DNA from: an uncultured Methylomirabilota bacterium
GTDB lineage: Bacteria > Methylomirabilota > Methylomirabilia > Methylomirabilales > 2-02-FULL-66-22
Assembly: GCA_963705305.1 (NCBI GenBank)
Contig: OY970067.1
Span: 1,024,001-1,088,000 of the forward strand
Length of the DNA: 64,000 bases
Direction: 5' to 3'
Within the stretch, counting starts at the first letter, position 1. Each line of letters starts with the position of its first letter. The notes under the pieces were generated by a model. That model worked only from the letters and a program-made list of their open reading frames with translations, ran no database searches and was not told where the DNA came from. The translations under genes were made by a program, and so were the position numbers. This document shows, one piece after another, positions 49,726-58,929 of this stretch.

Positions 49726-51915
49726 CTACGGACCGGACGGCGGAGGCGGATCTTCCGGCAGCTCCGAGCCGGGCGCCCCGCTCGAGGAGGCATCCAGCTG
49801 CCCGCTCTCCAAAAGGCGCTCGTACTCGCGGGGGTGTTCGTGCCGCAGCATGTCCTCCGAGATCCTGCCGGTCAGCCAGCTCCAGTTCATGGGATAAACG
49901 TCCGGTTTGAAGATCACGAAGTAGAAGTGCCAGACGAGGATGGCCAGTGTGGCCAGCCAGGCCTCGTAGTAGTGGACCATGGTGATGAGGTCGACCACCC
50001 ACAGCGGAAGGAAGCGGAGGGTGATGTTGACGAACCAGAGCATGAGCCCGGTCGTGATCATGACGCAGGAGCCCCAGATCAACGCCCAGTACTCTCCCTT
50101 CTCCACGTAGCCGAAGCGATCGAAGCGCGGCGGCTCGGCCCGCAGGTGCAGGAGGTACAGGACGTTCAGGACGGCGTCCTTGGCGTCCTGGTAGCGGGGC
50201 CGCATGTCCAGAAAATAGGCGCGCCCCTGGCGGGTGCCCAGGTATCCCAAGTGCCACAGGCCGGTCAGGATCAGGACGACGCCCGCCCCGCGATGGATCC
50301 AGCCGCGGAACAGATAGCCGTTCTCCAGGCGGGTGAACCAGTGGAAGGGCCAGGACTCCGGGAACTTCAAGGCAAAGCCCGTGTACACCAGGACGATGAA
50401 GCTCACGAAAAGCAGTCCGTGCTGCCAGCGCTCGGGGGCGCTCATGCGCGTGAACCACCGCTGGGAGCCCCGCGCGCCCGGCGTCTCGGGCTCGTGGTTG
50501 TACTGGCCGGCCGCCAGGGTCGCGCCGCTCCCGCCGCGCCGGCGATAATCCCGCCGCAGCTTGTTCGCGAAGTCCAGGCCGTTGTGCAACGCCATCCCGC
50601 CGATCGTGAACAGGATCAGCCACAGATAGAACCGGCGGGCATAGTACAGGATGGGATTCTGCCCCTCGGAAGGGGATAGGTGCATCGGCCCCTCGGCGAA
50701 GTTGGCGCTCGCACCGGGATGGCACTTCCCGCACGTCTCGGGCAGGTTGATCTTGTTGATGGAGGAGCGGGGGTCGCTGGACGGGAGGATCAGATGGTTC
50801 CCATGGCAGCTGGCGCAGTTCGCGGCGACCGTGGAACCGCCCTGCACCGCCAGCCCGTGGTAGGTGTTGTAGTACGTCTCCACGCGATTGGTCGGAACAT
50901 TGAACTTGGCGACGATCCGCGCCACGCCGTGGCAACTGGCGCATGTTCTGGACACTTGCCTGGCGCTGACCGGAGACTCGGGATTCTGAGCGGCCAGAAT
51001 CCGGTGCTCGCCGTGACAGCCGGTGCAGTCGGGCGCCTCGCCGACCCCTTGGAGCATGGCCGTTCCGTGGATGCTCTCGAGATAGCGCTTGGCCGGCTCC
51101 TGGTGGCATTTCCCGCACGTCTGGGGAATGTTCTTCCGGGAGATGGACGATCGGGAATCCTCTGGCGGGAGGATGTCATGGGCCCGGTGGCAGTTGTTGC
51201 AGGTGGCCGCCGGCTGTCCCAGCTCCACCGCGCGGCTGTGCACACTCTGCGAGTAGAGCTGGTAGGCCTCGGGAATCGGGATCTGGAAGCGCTCCATCAG
51301 GATCTTGTTGCCATGGCAGTGGCCGCATGTTGCCGCCACGTGCTTCCGATTGATCGGAGAATCGGGATTGTCCTGGCTCAGAATGTCGTGCACCTTGCCG
51401 TGGCAGGAGGTGCAGACCGCCGCCTCCTTGATCCCCTTGGCCACCGCCTTGCCGTGCACGCTGTCGTGATATCGGGCGACGACGTCTTCGTGGCACTGCT
51501 CGCACGGCGCAGACCCCAGGGTGGCGGGTAGTTTGATAGCATGGGTGCCGTGGCAGGTCTGGCAATCGAGCTGAGGGCCGCCGGCCTGCCCGTGAACGCT
51601 GTGGCTGAAGGCCGCCGCGGCGTCCCCGTGGCAGGACTTGCAGGAAACCGGCGGGAGCTTCTCGGGGTGGGGGATTTCCTTGACGCCGGCGTGGCAGGCG
51701 GTGCACTGCAGCCCGCTATGAACCGAGCCCTTCAGCAGGGACTCATCCACATAGAGCGAGACTGTCTTGCCTCCGACCTGGCCCCTCATGTCCTTGTCTG
51801 AATGGCAACCGAGGCAATCCTCGTTGCTCGGACCGGCCGCAGGCGCGATCTTGACACCGGTCACGAGGAGCAGGAGGAGGCCAACGATAGTAATGCCCAG
51901 CAGTCTCCGCATCAC
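49726..51915 (-). CDS. Multiheme cytochrome c fused to a cytochrome b domain (CbcL-like)
   Basis: Signal peptide, 13 CxxCH, then TM region with ERWQH, WIHR, EKGEYWA, MVHYYEA, VWHFY. Confidence 0.88.
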   Translation of the reverse strand: MMRRLLGITIVGLLLLLVTGVKIAPAAGPSNEDCLGCHSDKDMRGQVGGKTVSLYVDESLLKGSVHSGLQCTACHAGVKEIPHPEKLPPVSCKSCHGDAAAAFSHSVHGQAGGPQLDCQTCHGTHAIKLPATLGSAPCEQCHEDVVARYHDSVHGKAVAKGIKEAAVCTSCHGKVHDILSQDNPDSPINRKHVAATCGHCHGNKILMERFQIPIPEAYQLYSQSVHSRAVELGQPAATCNNCHRAHDILPPEDSRSSISRKNIPQTCGKCHQEPAKRYLESIHGTAMLQGVGEAPDCTGCHGEHRILAAQNPESPVSARQVSRTCASCHGVARIVAKFNVPTNRVETYYNTYHGLAVQGGSTVAANCASCHGNHLILPSSDPRSSINKINLPETCGKCHPGASANFAEGPMHLSPSEGQNPILYYARRFYLWLILFTIGGMALHNGLDFANKLRRDYRRRGGSGATLAAGQYNHEPETPGARGSQRWFTRMSAPERWQHGLLFVSFIVLVYTGFALKFPESWPFHWFTRLENGYLFRGWIHRGAGVVLILTGLWHLGYLGTRQGRAYFLDMRPRYQDAKDAVLNVLYLLHLRAEPPRFDRFGYVEKGEYWALIWGSCVMITTGLMLWFVNITLRFLPLWVVDLITMVHYYEAWLATLAILVWHFYFVIFKPDVYPMNWSWLTGRISEDMLRHEHPREYERLLESGQLDASSSGAPGSELPEDPPPPSGP

Positions 51916-51970
51916 CCCTCGCTCCGGTCAATGGCCATAGCCGCAGCTACACGAAGTCTCGGAATCTAAG

Positions 51971-51986
51971 AGCAACTTATATGCCG
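51971..51986 (-). promoter_or_regulatory. Sigma54 promoter for the multiheme c/b cytochrome
   Basis: CGGCAT-ATAAG-TTGCT with an AT-rich tract upstream. Confidence 0.65.
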
Positions 51987-52301
51987 ACCCGGACTTGAAT
52001 CGTACAAGATATAAACGTTCCCCATAGTCTTATCCAGTCGATGTCGAATATTTCAACAGTTACCAATCTGTCTGGGGAGGCTTGTATGAATCGATCGTCT
52101 TCGATCTCCCCGATGTTGTGATGGAAATGTCTCACCCGGGTCTCCGCATGTGTTATTTCCCACTGGTCTTGATCGGAAAGATCGAGGATTTGCGGCCCGA
52201 AGTACCGCCGGAGAACCGAGACGATTCGAGGATCCCGAGGTCCATCTCGAACGCGCCGAGACGGACCTCGGGACGGCGTCAGGCCTCTCGGATGAAAGGC
52301 A

Positions 52302-52655
52302 TCAGCCCTTCTTGTGGCACTTCGCGCAATTGGCCGCCTCGGTCACCGCAAAGGCGGTTTTCCCATTATGGCACGCCCCGCAGGCTTGCCCTTTCTGCAT
52401 GTCGGCCATCTTGAAGGACGACCGCTGCCCCTTGTTCATCTTGAAGATCTTCGTGTGACAGGATGTGCACTTCAGGTCTTTTCCGAGGTGCGCTGCGTGG
52501 CTGAAGACGACTTTGCCCATCGCCCCGTCGGGAAACGCGAAATCCTCGGGGCCCTTGGCCTGCGCCGCCGCCTGATGAACCGCTACGGCCCCCAGGAACA
52601 TCGCCAGCATCAGCACAACAGCAAATGCGAGGAGCGACTTCCAGGTTACGCGCAT
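52302..52655 (-). CDS. Triheme c7-type periplasmic cytochrome
   Basis: Signal peptide (AAAQA), VVFSHAAH, CTSCH, CGACHNGKTAF, CAKCH. Confidence 0.88.
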   Translation of the reverse strand: MRVTWKSLLAFAVVLMLAMFLGAVAVHQAAAQAKGPEDFAFPDGAMGKVVFSHAAHLGKDLKCTSCHTKIFKMNKGQRSSFKMADMQKGQACGACHNGKTAFAVTEAANCAKCHKKG

Positions 52656-52724
52656 GTCTCTCACCTCCTTTCGTCGAGCATTTCTCGTCCTCATGGTGCC
52701 CGCCGGTGCGACACCGGCGAATGC

Positions 52725-54026
52725 TCACGCCACCCGCGAGCTCCCGGCGACTCCGGCCAGCGCCTCGCCCGCCGCCTGTGTGGTAGCCGCCAGATCCTCG
52801 GCGCTGTGGGCCAACGAGACGAACACCGACTCGAACTGGGACGGCGCCAAGCTCACCCCCCGCGCCAGCATCCCCCGGAAAAAGGCCCCATAGCGAACCG
52901 TGTCCGCCGTTTTGACCCCGGCAAAATCCGTCACGGGGCGGGAGGTGAAGAACGCCGTCAGCATGGAGCCGACCCGGTTGATATGGAGCGGAACCCGGAC
53001 GGCGGCAGCCGCTCGACCCAGGCCCTCTTCCAGCTGCCTGCCCTTCTCCTCCAGGGCGGCGTAGACCCCGGGCTGTCGAAGCTGGCTCAAGGTCTCGATC
53101 CCCGCCGCCATGGCCAGGGGATTCCCCGAGAGCGTTCCGGCCTGATAGATGGACCCTGAAGGCGCCACCTGCTCCATGATGTCCGCCCGTCCGCCGTACA
53201 CGCCAACCGGCAGGCCGCCACCCACGATCTTGCCCAGGCAGGTGAGGTCCGGCTGAACACCGTAGAGCTCCTGCGCCCCGCCCGGCGCAACCCGAAATCC
53301 GGTGATCACCTCGTCGAAGATCAGCAGGGCGCCGCAGCGGCGGGTCGCCGCGCGCAGCGCCTCCAGGAACCCCGGTGCCGGCGGTACGACCCCCATGTTC
53401 CCCGCCACCGGCTCGACAACGACGGCCGCGATGTCCCTGCCCCGTCCGGCCAGGACGGCCTCGACCGCCTGGGGATCATTGAATGGAAGCGTCAGCGTGT
53501 GCCGGGCCAGGTCCGCCGGGACTCCCGGGCTGTCGGGGACACCCAGGGTCAGCGCGCCGGATCCGGCCTTGACCAGCATGCTGTCCGCGTGGCCGTGGTA
53601 GCACCCCTCGAACTTGACGATCACGTCCCGCCGCACAAACCCGCGGGCGACCCGGAGCGCGCTCATGCAGGCTTCCGTCCCGGAGCTGACGAACCGCATC
53701 CGCTCCATGCTGGGGAAGGCGGCCTGGACGAGCTGGGCGAGCCGGGTCTCCATCTCGGTGGGGGCACCGTAGCTGGTCCCGGCCTCAGCGGCCTTCTGAA
53801 TGGCGGCCACCACCCGTGGGTGCGCGTGGCCGAGGATCATGGGGCCCCAGGACCCCACGTAGTCGATGTAGACCTGACCGTCGACATCGGTGATCCGGCT
53901 GCCCTTGGCGGACGCGACGAAAAACGGATCGCATCCCACGGCCCGGAAGGCGCGTACCGGACTGTTGACCCCCCCGGGGAAGATCCGGGAGGCTTCTTGG
54001 AACAGCTGACGCGAGCGATCTCCCAT
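52725..54026 (-). CDS. hemL: Glutamate-1-semialdehyde 2,1-aminomutase
   Basis: [51 protein letters not shown]. Confidence 0.97.
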   Translation of the reverse strand: MGDRSRQLFQEASRIFPGGVNSPVRAFRAVGCDPFFVASAKGSRITDVDGQVYIDYVGSWGPMILGHAHPRVVAAIQKAAEAGTSYGAPTEMETRLAQLVQAAFPSMERMRFVSSGTEACMSALRVARGFVRRDVIVKFEGCYHGHADSMLVKAGSGALTLGVPDSPGVPADLARHTLTLPFNDPQAVEAVLAGRGRDIAAVVVEPVAGNMGVVPPAPGFLEALRAATRRCGALLIFDEVITGFRVAPGGAQELYGVQPDLTCLGKIVGGGLPVGVYGGRADIMEQVAPSGSIYQAGTLSGNPLAMAAGIETLSQLRQPGVYAALEEKGRQLEEGLGRAAAAVRVPLHINRVGSMLTAFFTSRPVTDFAGVKTADTVRYGAFFRGMLARGVSLAPSQFESVFVSLAHSAEDLAATTQAAGEALAGVAGSSRVA

Positions 54027-54299
54027 GCAGAATCCCCCTCCCCTGCGGTGGGCTGACCGGTGGGCGGCCGTATTAAATGCGACCACGCACCGTCTTGTCA
54101 AGCGGAGCGAACCCTTCCGCCGCGGAAGCGCACAAGTTCCGAGACGCACCCAGGTCTGGAGGGAGGTGGGCAGGCGGAGACACCGCATGCGGAGCGGGAG
54201 GCGGGAGGCCCGCCGTGGGGGGCCGCGGCGGGGATCGGGCACTGCGACACGCGTGCCGCCGGATCGGAGGAGCCGGCTGTTTGGCGTTGGAGCGGCGCC

Positions 54300-55283
54300 T
54301 CAGCGGCCCTGCTCGCGAAGGATGCGGGCGGCTTCGCGGGCAAAGTAGCTGATGATGATATCCGCTCCGGCCCGCCGGATCGCCGTGAGCATCTCCAGCA
54401 TGGCGCGCTCCTCGTCCAGCCAGCCGAGCCGGGCGGCGGCCTTCACCATGGCGAACTCCCCGCTAACGTTGTAGGCAGCCACGGGGACCCCGAACTCGCT
54501 CTTGACGCGCCAGAGGATGTCGAGGTAGGGAAGGGCCGGCTTGATCATCACCATGTCCGCCCCTTCATCCAGGTCCAGTCCCACCTCGCGCATCGCCTCT
54601 TCGGCGTTGGCCGGATCCATCTGATACGACCGGCGGTCGCCGAACTGCGGGGCCGACTCCGCCGCCTCGCGGAACGGCCCGTAGAAGCTGCTGGCGTACT
54701 TGGCGGCATAGGCCAGGATCGGCGTCTCCTCGTACCCGCTCTCGTCCAGCGCCTCGCGGATGGCGGCAACCCGACCGTCCATCATGTCCGAGGGCGCTAC
54801 CACGTCCGCGCCCGCCTCCGCATGCGACAGGGCGGTCCGGGCCAAGAGCTCCACGGTCGGATCGTTCTTGACCCGACCCCGCTCCACAATGCCGCAGTGC
54901 CCGTGGCTGGTGTACTCGCACAGGCAGACATCCGTGATGACCACGAGGTCCGAGACCGAGTCCTTGATGGCGCGGACCGCCCGCTGGACGATGCCGTCCG
55001 GCGCGTAGGCCTCCGTCCCCGCGGCGTCCTTGGCGGCCGGCAGCCCGAAGAGCAGGACCGCCGGGATCCCCAGGGCCGCCGTCTCCTTCACCTCCCGCAC
55101 CAGCTCGTCCACGGACAGCTGGAAATTCCCCGGCATGGACCCGATCTCGCGGCGCACCCCCTGGCCGTGCACCACGAAGAATGGCATGACGAGGGAATCG
55201 ACGGAGAGCCGCGTCTCACGGACCATGCGGCGGAGGGTCTCACTCGCCCGCAGCCGCCGCGGCCGAAAATAGGGGTAATGCAT
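54300..55283 (-). CDS. hemB: Porphobilinogen synthase (Zn-type)
   Basis: [49 protein letters not shown]. Confidence 0.97.
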   Translation of the reverse strand: MHYPYFRPRRLRASETLRRMVRETRLSVDSLVMPFFVVHGQGVRREIGSMPGNFQLSVDELVREVKETAALGIPAVLLFGLPAAKDAAGTEAYAPDGIVQRAVRAIKDSVSDLVVITDVCLCEYTSHGHCGIVERGRVKNDPTVELLARTALSHAEAGADVVAPSDMMDGRVAAIREALDESGYEETPILAYAAKYASSFYGPFREAAESAPQFGDRRSYQMDPANAEEAMREVGLDLDEGADMVMIKPALPYLDILWRVKSEFGVPVAAYNVSGEFAMVKAAARLGWLDEERAMLEMLTAIRRAGADIIISYFAREAARILREQGR

Positions 55284-55306
55284 GCTCCGCTCCGTTCCTC
55301 CCGCTG

Positions 55307-56470
55307 TCAGAATGCCGGCGGGATGCGTCCCGGGTGGGCCGCCAGATCAGTCCGGCCCTCGTGCGCGACCGCCTGGGCCAGGATCTCGTCCACGCTGGCG
55401 AGCTCCCGCGAGGCCCGGGGATTGGGCTGGTAGGTGCAGAACGGCTCCTCGTCCAGGTAGTTGCCTGTCGCCCCCAGGGCGCGCGCCCGGCAGCCGCCGC
55501 ACAGGACCCGATACTCGCAGATGCCGCAGCGCCCCTGGAGGAGGTTGGGGTCCCGGATGCTCTTGAACAGGGGCGAATCCCGGTAGATCTCGACCAGGGA
55601 GGTCTCCCGGACATTCCCCGCCAGGAGGGGCAGGTAGCCGCAGCCGCCCACCTCGCCGATATGAGAGACAAAACAGAAGCCGAAGCCGGCCATGCACCCG
55701 CGGCTGAATCCGTGGGCCGCGTGCGGCCGCGCCGCCGCGCCCGGGACACGTCCGCGGCGACGCTCTTGCACCTGGATGCGCTTGTAATGCGGCGCGCAGG
55801 TCATCTTGACCTGAATGGGCGCGGTCAGGGAGGCCTCGTACACAAAGTGCAGGGTCCGCTCGTACTCCTCAGGGGTGATCTCCATCTGGATGCGGCCCCG
55901 GCCCGTAGGAACCAACATGAAGACATCCCAGGTCACGGCCCCCAGCTCCGCCGCCAGCCGCAGCAGGCTGGGAAGGTCGTCGAGATTGTGGCGGGTCACT
56001 GTGGTGTTGATCTGGAACGGAAGTCCGCCTTCCCGGGCATATGCCAGGGATCGCGTCGCCTCCGCAAAGGCGCCCGGCACGCGGCGAAAGCTGTCGTGAA
56101 CCTCCGGCGTGCTGCCGTCCAGGCTCACGGAGATGCGCTGGATGCCCGCCTGTTTCAGGCGCCTCACGCTGCCCGGCGTCACCTGCGTCCCGCTGGGCGA
56201 CATCACGACCCGGAGGCCCGCCCCCCTGGCGCGCTCCGCCACGGCGCAGATGTCTTCCCGCTTCATGGGGTCGCCGCCCGTGAGGATGAGAATCACCGGC
56301 TCCTGGAAGGCGGCGATGTCGTCCACCAGCCGAAAGGCTTCCTCCGTGCTGAGCTGACGTGGGTCAGCGTACGGCTGGGCCACGGCGCGACAGTGCAGGC
56401 AGGCTAGGTCGCACGCCCGGGTGACCTCCCAGGCCACGAGGCGGGGTGCCCGGGCGAAATCCCCTGGCAT
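55307..56470 (-). CDS. ahbD: Radical SAM/SPASM heme synthase (AhbD/NirJ-like)
   Basis: [53 protein letters not shown]; lies in a hem cluster. Confidence 0.75.
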   Translation of the reverse strand: MPGDFARAPRLVAWEVTRACDLACLHCRAVAQPYADPRQLSTEEAFRLVDDIAAFQEPVILILTGGDPMKREDICAVAERARGAGLRVVMSPSGTQVTPGSVRRLKQAGIQRISVSLDGSTPEVHDSFRRVPGAFAEATRSLAYAREGGLPFQINTTVTRHNLDDLPSLLRLAAELGAVTWDVFMLVPTGRGRIQMEITPEEYERTLHFVYEASLTAPIQVKMTCAPHYKRIQVQERRRGRVPGAAARPHAAHGFSRGCMAGFGFCFVSHIGEVGGCGYLPLLAGNVRETSLVEIYRDSPLFKSIRDPNLLQGRCGICEYRVLCGGCRARALGATGNYLDEEPFCTYQPNPRASRELASVDEILAQAVAHEGRTDLAAHPGRIPPAF

Positions 56471-56588
56471 AGATCGGTTCCCTCCCCGATTGGATGAAGT
56501 GATGCACATTGTAAACAGGGCCGTCCCGGTCGGTCAACTCCTATCTCATCATGGTGCCAACGATGAGACCGTTGGGGCGGCCGAGGCC

Positions 56589-58790
56589 TCACCGCTCCCC
56601 GGGTTTGGCGGGAGCGTTTTGGGTGGGAATTTTGAGGTCGAATGTGACCTCGACATCGCTCTGGGGACTCTGGCCGGGCCCCTGAATCCGGTACATGTAC
56701 CGGAGGGCTACCTCCCAGCAGCAACTGCTGTAGATGAGCCTCACCGTGTTCTCATGGAATGTGCTGCTGTGAACATCATAGCGGCTCAGCAGCTCCATCC
56801 GGATGGTCTCGGTTGCCTGGAGGCTGAGCTTGGTCACGACCCCGCTTATTTCCTGGTCGCGGATGTAGCTCTGGCCCATGTCCAGTGTCAGCCGATCCCC
56901 CATGGCCAGTCGCAGGCCGGAGTTGATCGCGTCGGTGTGGGCCGTGCTGGTGTTGAGGGCTGCCGTCCCGTACAGGGTCAGATGGGAAAGCGGACTCAGG
57001 GTGCCGTCGAAGACGAGGTCCGACAGCGTCCGCTCGCGGGCCTGGCTGAAGCCGTTGCCCAGCGATTGCACATCGGTCACCGCCTGGTCCACGCGCTCCG
57101 GCGTCAGGCCGGCGAGATAGGCGTCGGAAAACTCTCGCGTGCGGGGCTGGAGGTTCCAGCTCTGCCGCACGGCCAGCGTGGCGACTTCGCGGGTTCGGAT
57201 CTCCCCGTCGGCCCCCTGATAGCGCGCCACCAGCCGGTTCATCACCTGGTAGATCAGGCGATTCTGCGGGCTGATGAAGTCGATGCCGTCGAACTGCGGA
57301 AGAGCCTGCTGGTCGACCGAGGGGACATACTGGTACACAAGGCTGGGCTCGACGATGTGGGTCAGGCGCAGGAGCCCCCAGCCCGGGGCATCGAATCGGC
57401 GCCCAAACCGCGTGCTGACCTGCTCCCCCAGGTCGACCAGGAACCGATTGCGGTCCCCACCCGGCTGCACCGCATCCGTATAGACCGTATCGCGGAGCCG
57501 CAGGCTGCTCGCGGTGTTCAACCACGGGGTCAAGGCCAGCGGCAAATAGGCGCTCGGGTGGAAATCGAGCCGCCCCGCACTCTCCTGCTGGCTCGCCTGC
57601 AGGTACACGGCCGAGCTTTCTGCCTCCACCACCACCGGGAGGTGGGGCACCGCCTGAGGAAGCCACCGGAAACGAACCTCGGGCAACCGGGACAGTCGGG
57701 TGTCCGAGGTCTCGGACAGGTCTTCCGAGGTTTCGAGGTTCCCCAGCAGCATGAACCGCTCGGTCATGTCCGTGAGAAACGTCTGAGAGGACAAAGTGCG
57801 GGCGGACCGATCCGCCAGGCTGGCGTTGGTGAGGTTGCGATTCATGGCGGTATCGTTCAGATAGTGGTCGTTCGCCTTGAAGGTCCAGGTGGGATCCAAG
57901 ACCTGATCGTGCACCCAGTTCAGCTGGATCTCGTCCGACCGCGAGCCCGCGGCGGTGTCGTGCAGGTAGATCCCTGACAGCTCGCCGTGGGATTCCTCGG
58001 ACAGGACGTACCGATAGTCTGAGTCGATTTCGAATCCCTGTTTGGTCCGATACGTTGGGGTGATGGTCAGGTCCTGCGAGCGGGAGATCGCCCAAAAGAA
58101 CGGCAGGGTGAGGCGGAAGCCGTCGCTGCTCCCGTAGCCGACCCGGGGAATCAGGAATCCCGTCCGGCGCGGCCCGATGGGAAGGGCAAGGTAGGGAGAG
58201 TAGAGCGCCGGGAACCCCTTGACCCAGAAGGATGTGTCCTGCGAGACCATGTAGTTGTCTTGATAATAGATCGTGGCGTCCCGCGCCCGGAACTCAAAAT
58301 CCGGAATCTGGGGGGCGGGCTGGCAGACGCGACAGGGGGTGAACCGTCCGTCCCGGACCTCGTACTGCCCTTCGCCTTCGCGGCGAATCTCCGACCCACT
58401 GAAACTGAGTGCGGGGGGCAGGAGCCCTTCGCCGTGGGTGACGACGCCCACGTTCGTCCCGTAGTTGTACTCGATGCGGTCTCCTTCCAGCCGATTCGGA
58501 CCGTCGATCAGGACCGCGTGTCCCACGGCCTCCAGAGTCTTATCGTCCAGGTTCAGCCTGACCTCATCGGCAAACAGCGACCGGCCGCCCGTCACCACGC
58601 GGACTTCGCCCCTGGCGACCAGCTGCCGTCCGTTGGCGGAGTAGTCCAGGCTCTGGGCGTTCACCTCCACCGCCTCGCGCTGGCGCTGGAGATTCTCCAG
58701 ATCCCCGGTGAGATCCGCCTGGGCATGGCCGGATATGGATAGGCACAGGAACAGAAGCCACGCGGCGATGGCGGCAGGATAGCGACGCAT
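56589..58790 (-). CDS. lptD: LPS-assembly protein LptD
   Basis: Signal peptide, FTPC..C, RRTGFLIP, PFFWAISRSQDLT, HIVEP, SSCCW. Confidence 0.85.
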   Translation of the reverse strand: MRRYPAAIAAWLLFLCLSISGHAQADLTGDLENLQRQREAVEVNAQSLDYSANGRQLVARGEVRVVTGGRSLFADEVRLNLDDKTLEAVGHAVLIDGPNRLEGDRIEYNYGTNVGVVTHGEGLLPPALSFSGSEIRREGEGQYEVRDGRFTPCRVCQPAPQIPDFEFRARDATIYYQDNYMVSQDTSFWVKGFPALYSPYLALPIGPRRTGFLIPRVGYGSSDGFRLTLPFFWAISRSQDLTITPTYRTKQGFEIDSDYRYVLSEESHGELSGIYLHDTAAGSRSDEIQLNWVHDQVLDPTWTFKANDHYLNDTAMNRNLTNASLADRSARTLSSQTFLTDMTERFMLLGNLETSEDLSETSDTRLSRLPEVRFRWLPQAVPHLPVVVEAESSAVYLQASQQESAGRLDFHPSAYLPLALTPWLNTASSLRLRDTVYTDAVQPGGDRNRFLVDLGEQVSTRFGRRFDAPGWGLLRLTHIVEPSLVYQYVPSVDQQALPQFDGIDFISPQNRLIYQVMNRLVARYQGADGEIRTREVATLAVRQSWNLQPRTREFSDAYLAGLTPERVDQAVTDVQSLGNGFSQARERTLSDLVFDGTLSPLSHLTLYGTAALNTSTAHTDAINSGLRLAMGDRLTLDMGQSYIRDQEISGVVTKLSLQATETIRMELLSRYDVHSSTFHENTVRLIYSSCCWEVALRYMYRIQGPGQSPQSDVEVTFDLKIPTQNAPAKPGER

Positions 58791-58929
58791 TCGAGCTCCC
58801 AGGGGAGCGTTGGGATGGATGGAAGAAACCGACCTCGCTTATATCAGAGGGCGCAGGGCCAGGCAAGCAAAAGAACGAACGAGGCGGGGCCGACGAGCCA
58901 GTGCCGGGGGCAGGCAGGATGCCGTCCGA

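Noticed and set aside
56544..56559. TGGCACCATGATGAGA as a sigma54 promoter for ahbD
   Set aside because: Lacks the -12 TTGC; a TTGACC-N18-TACAAT sigma70-like promoter nearby fits better.
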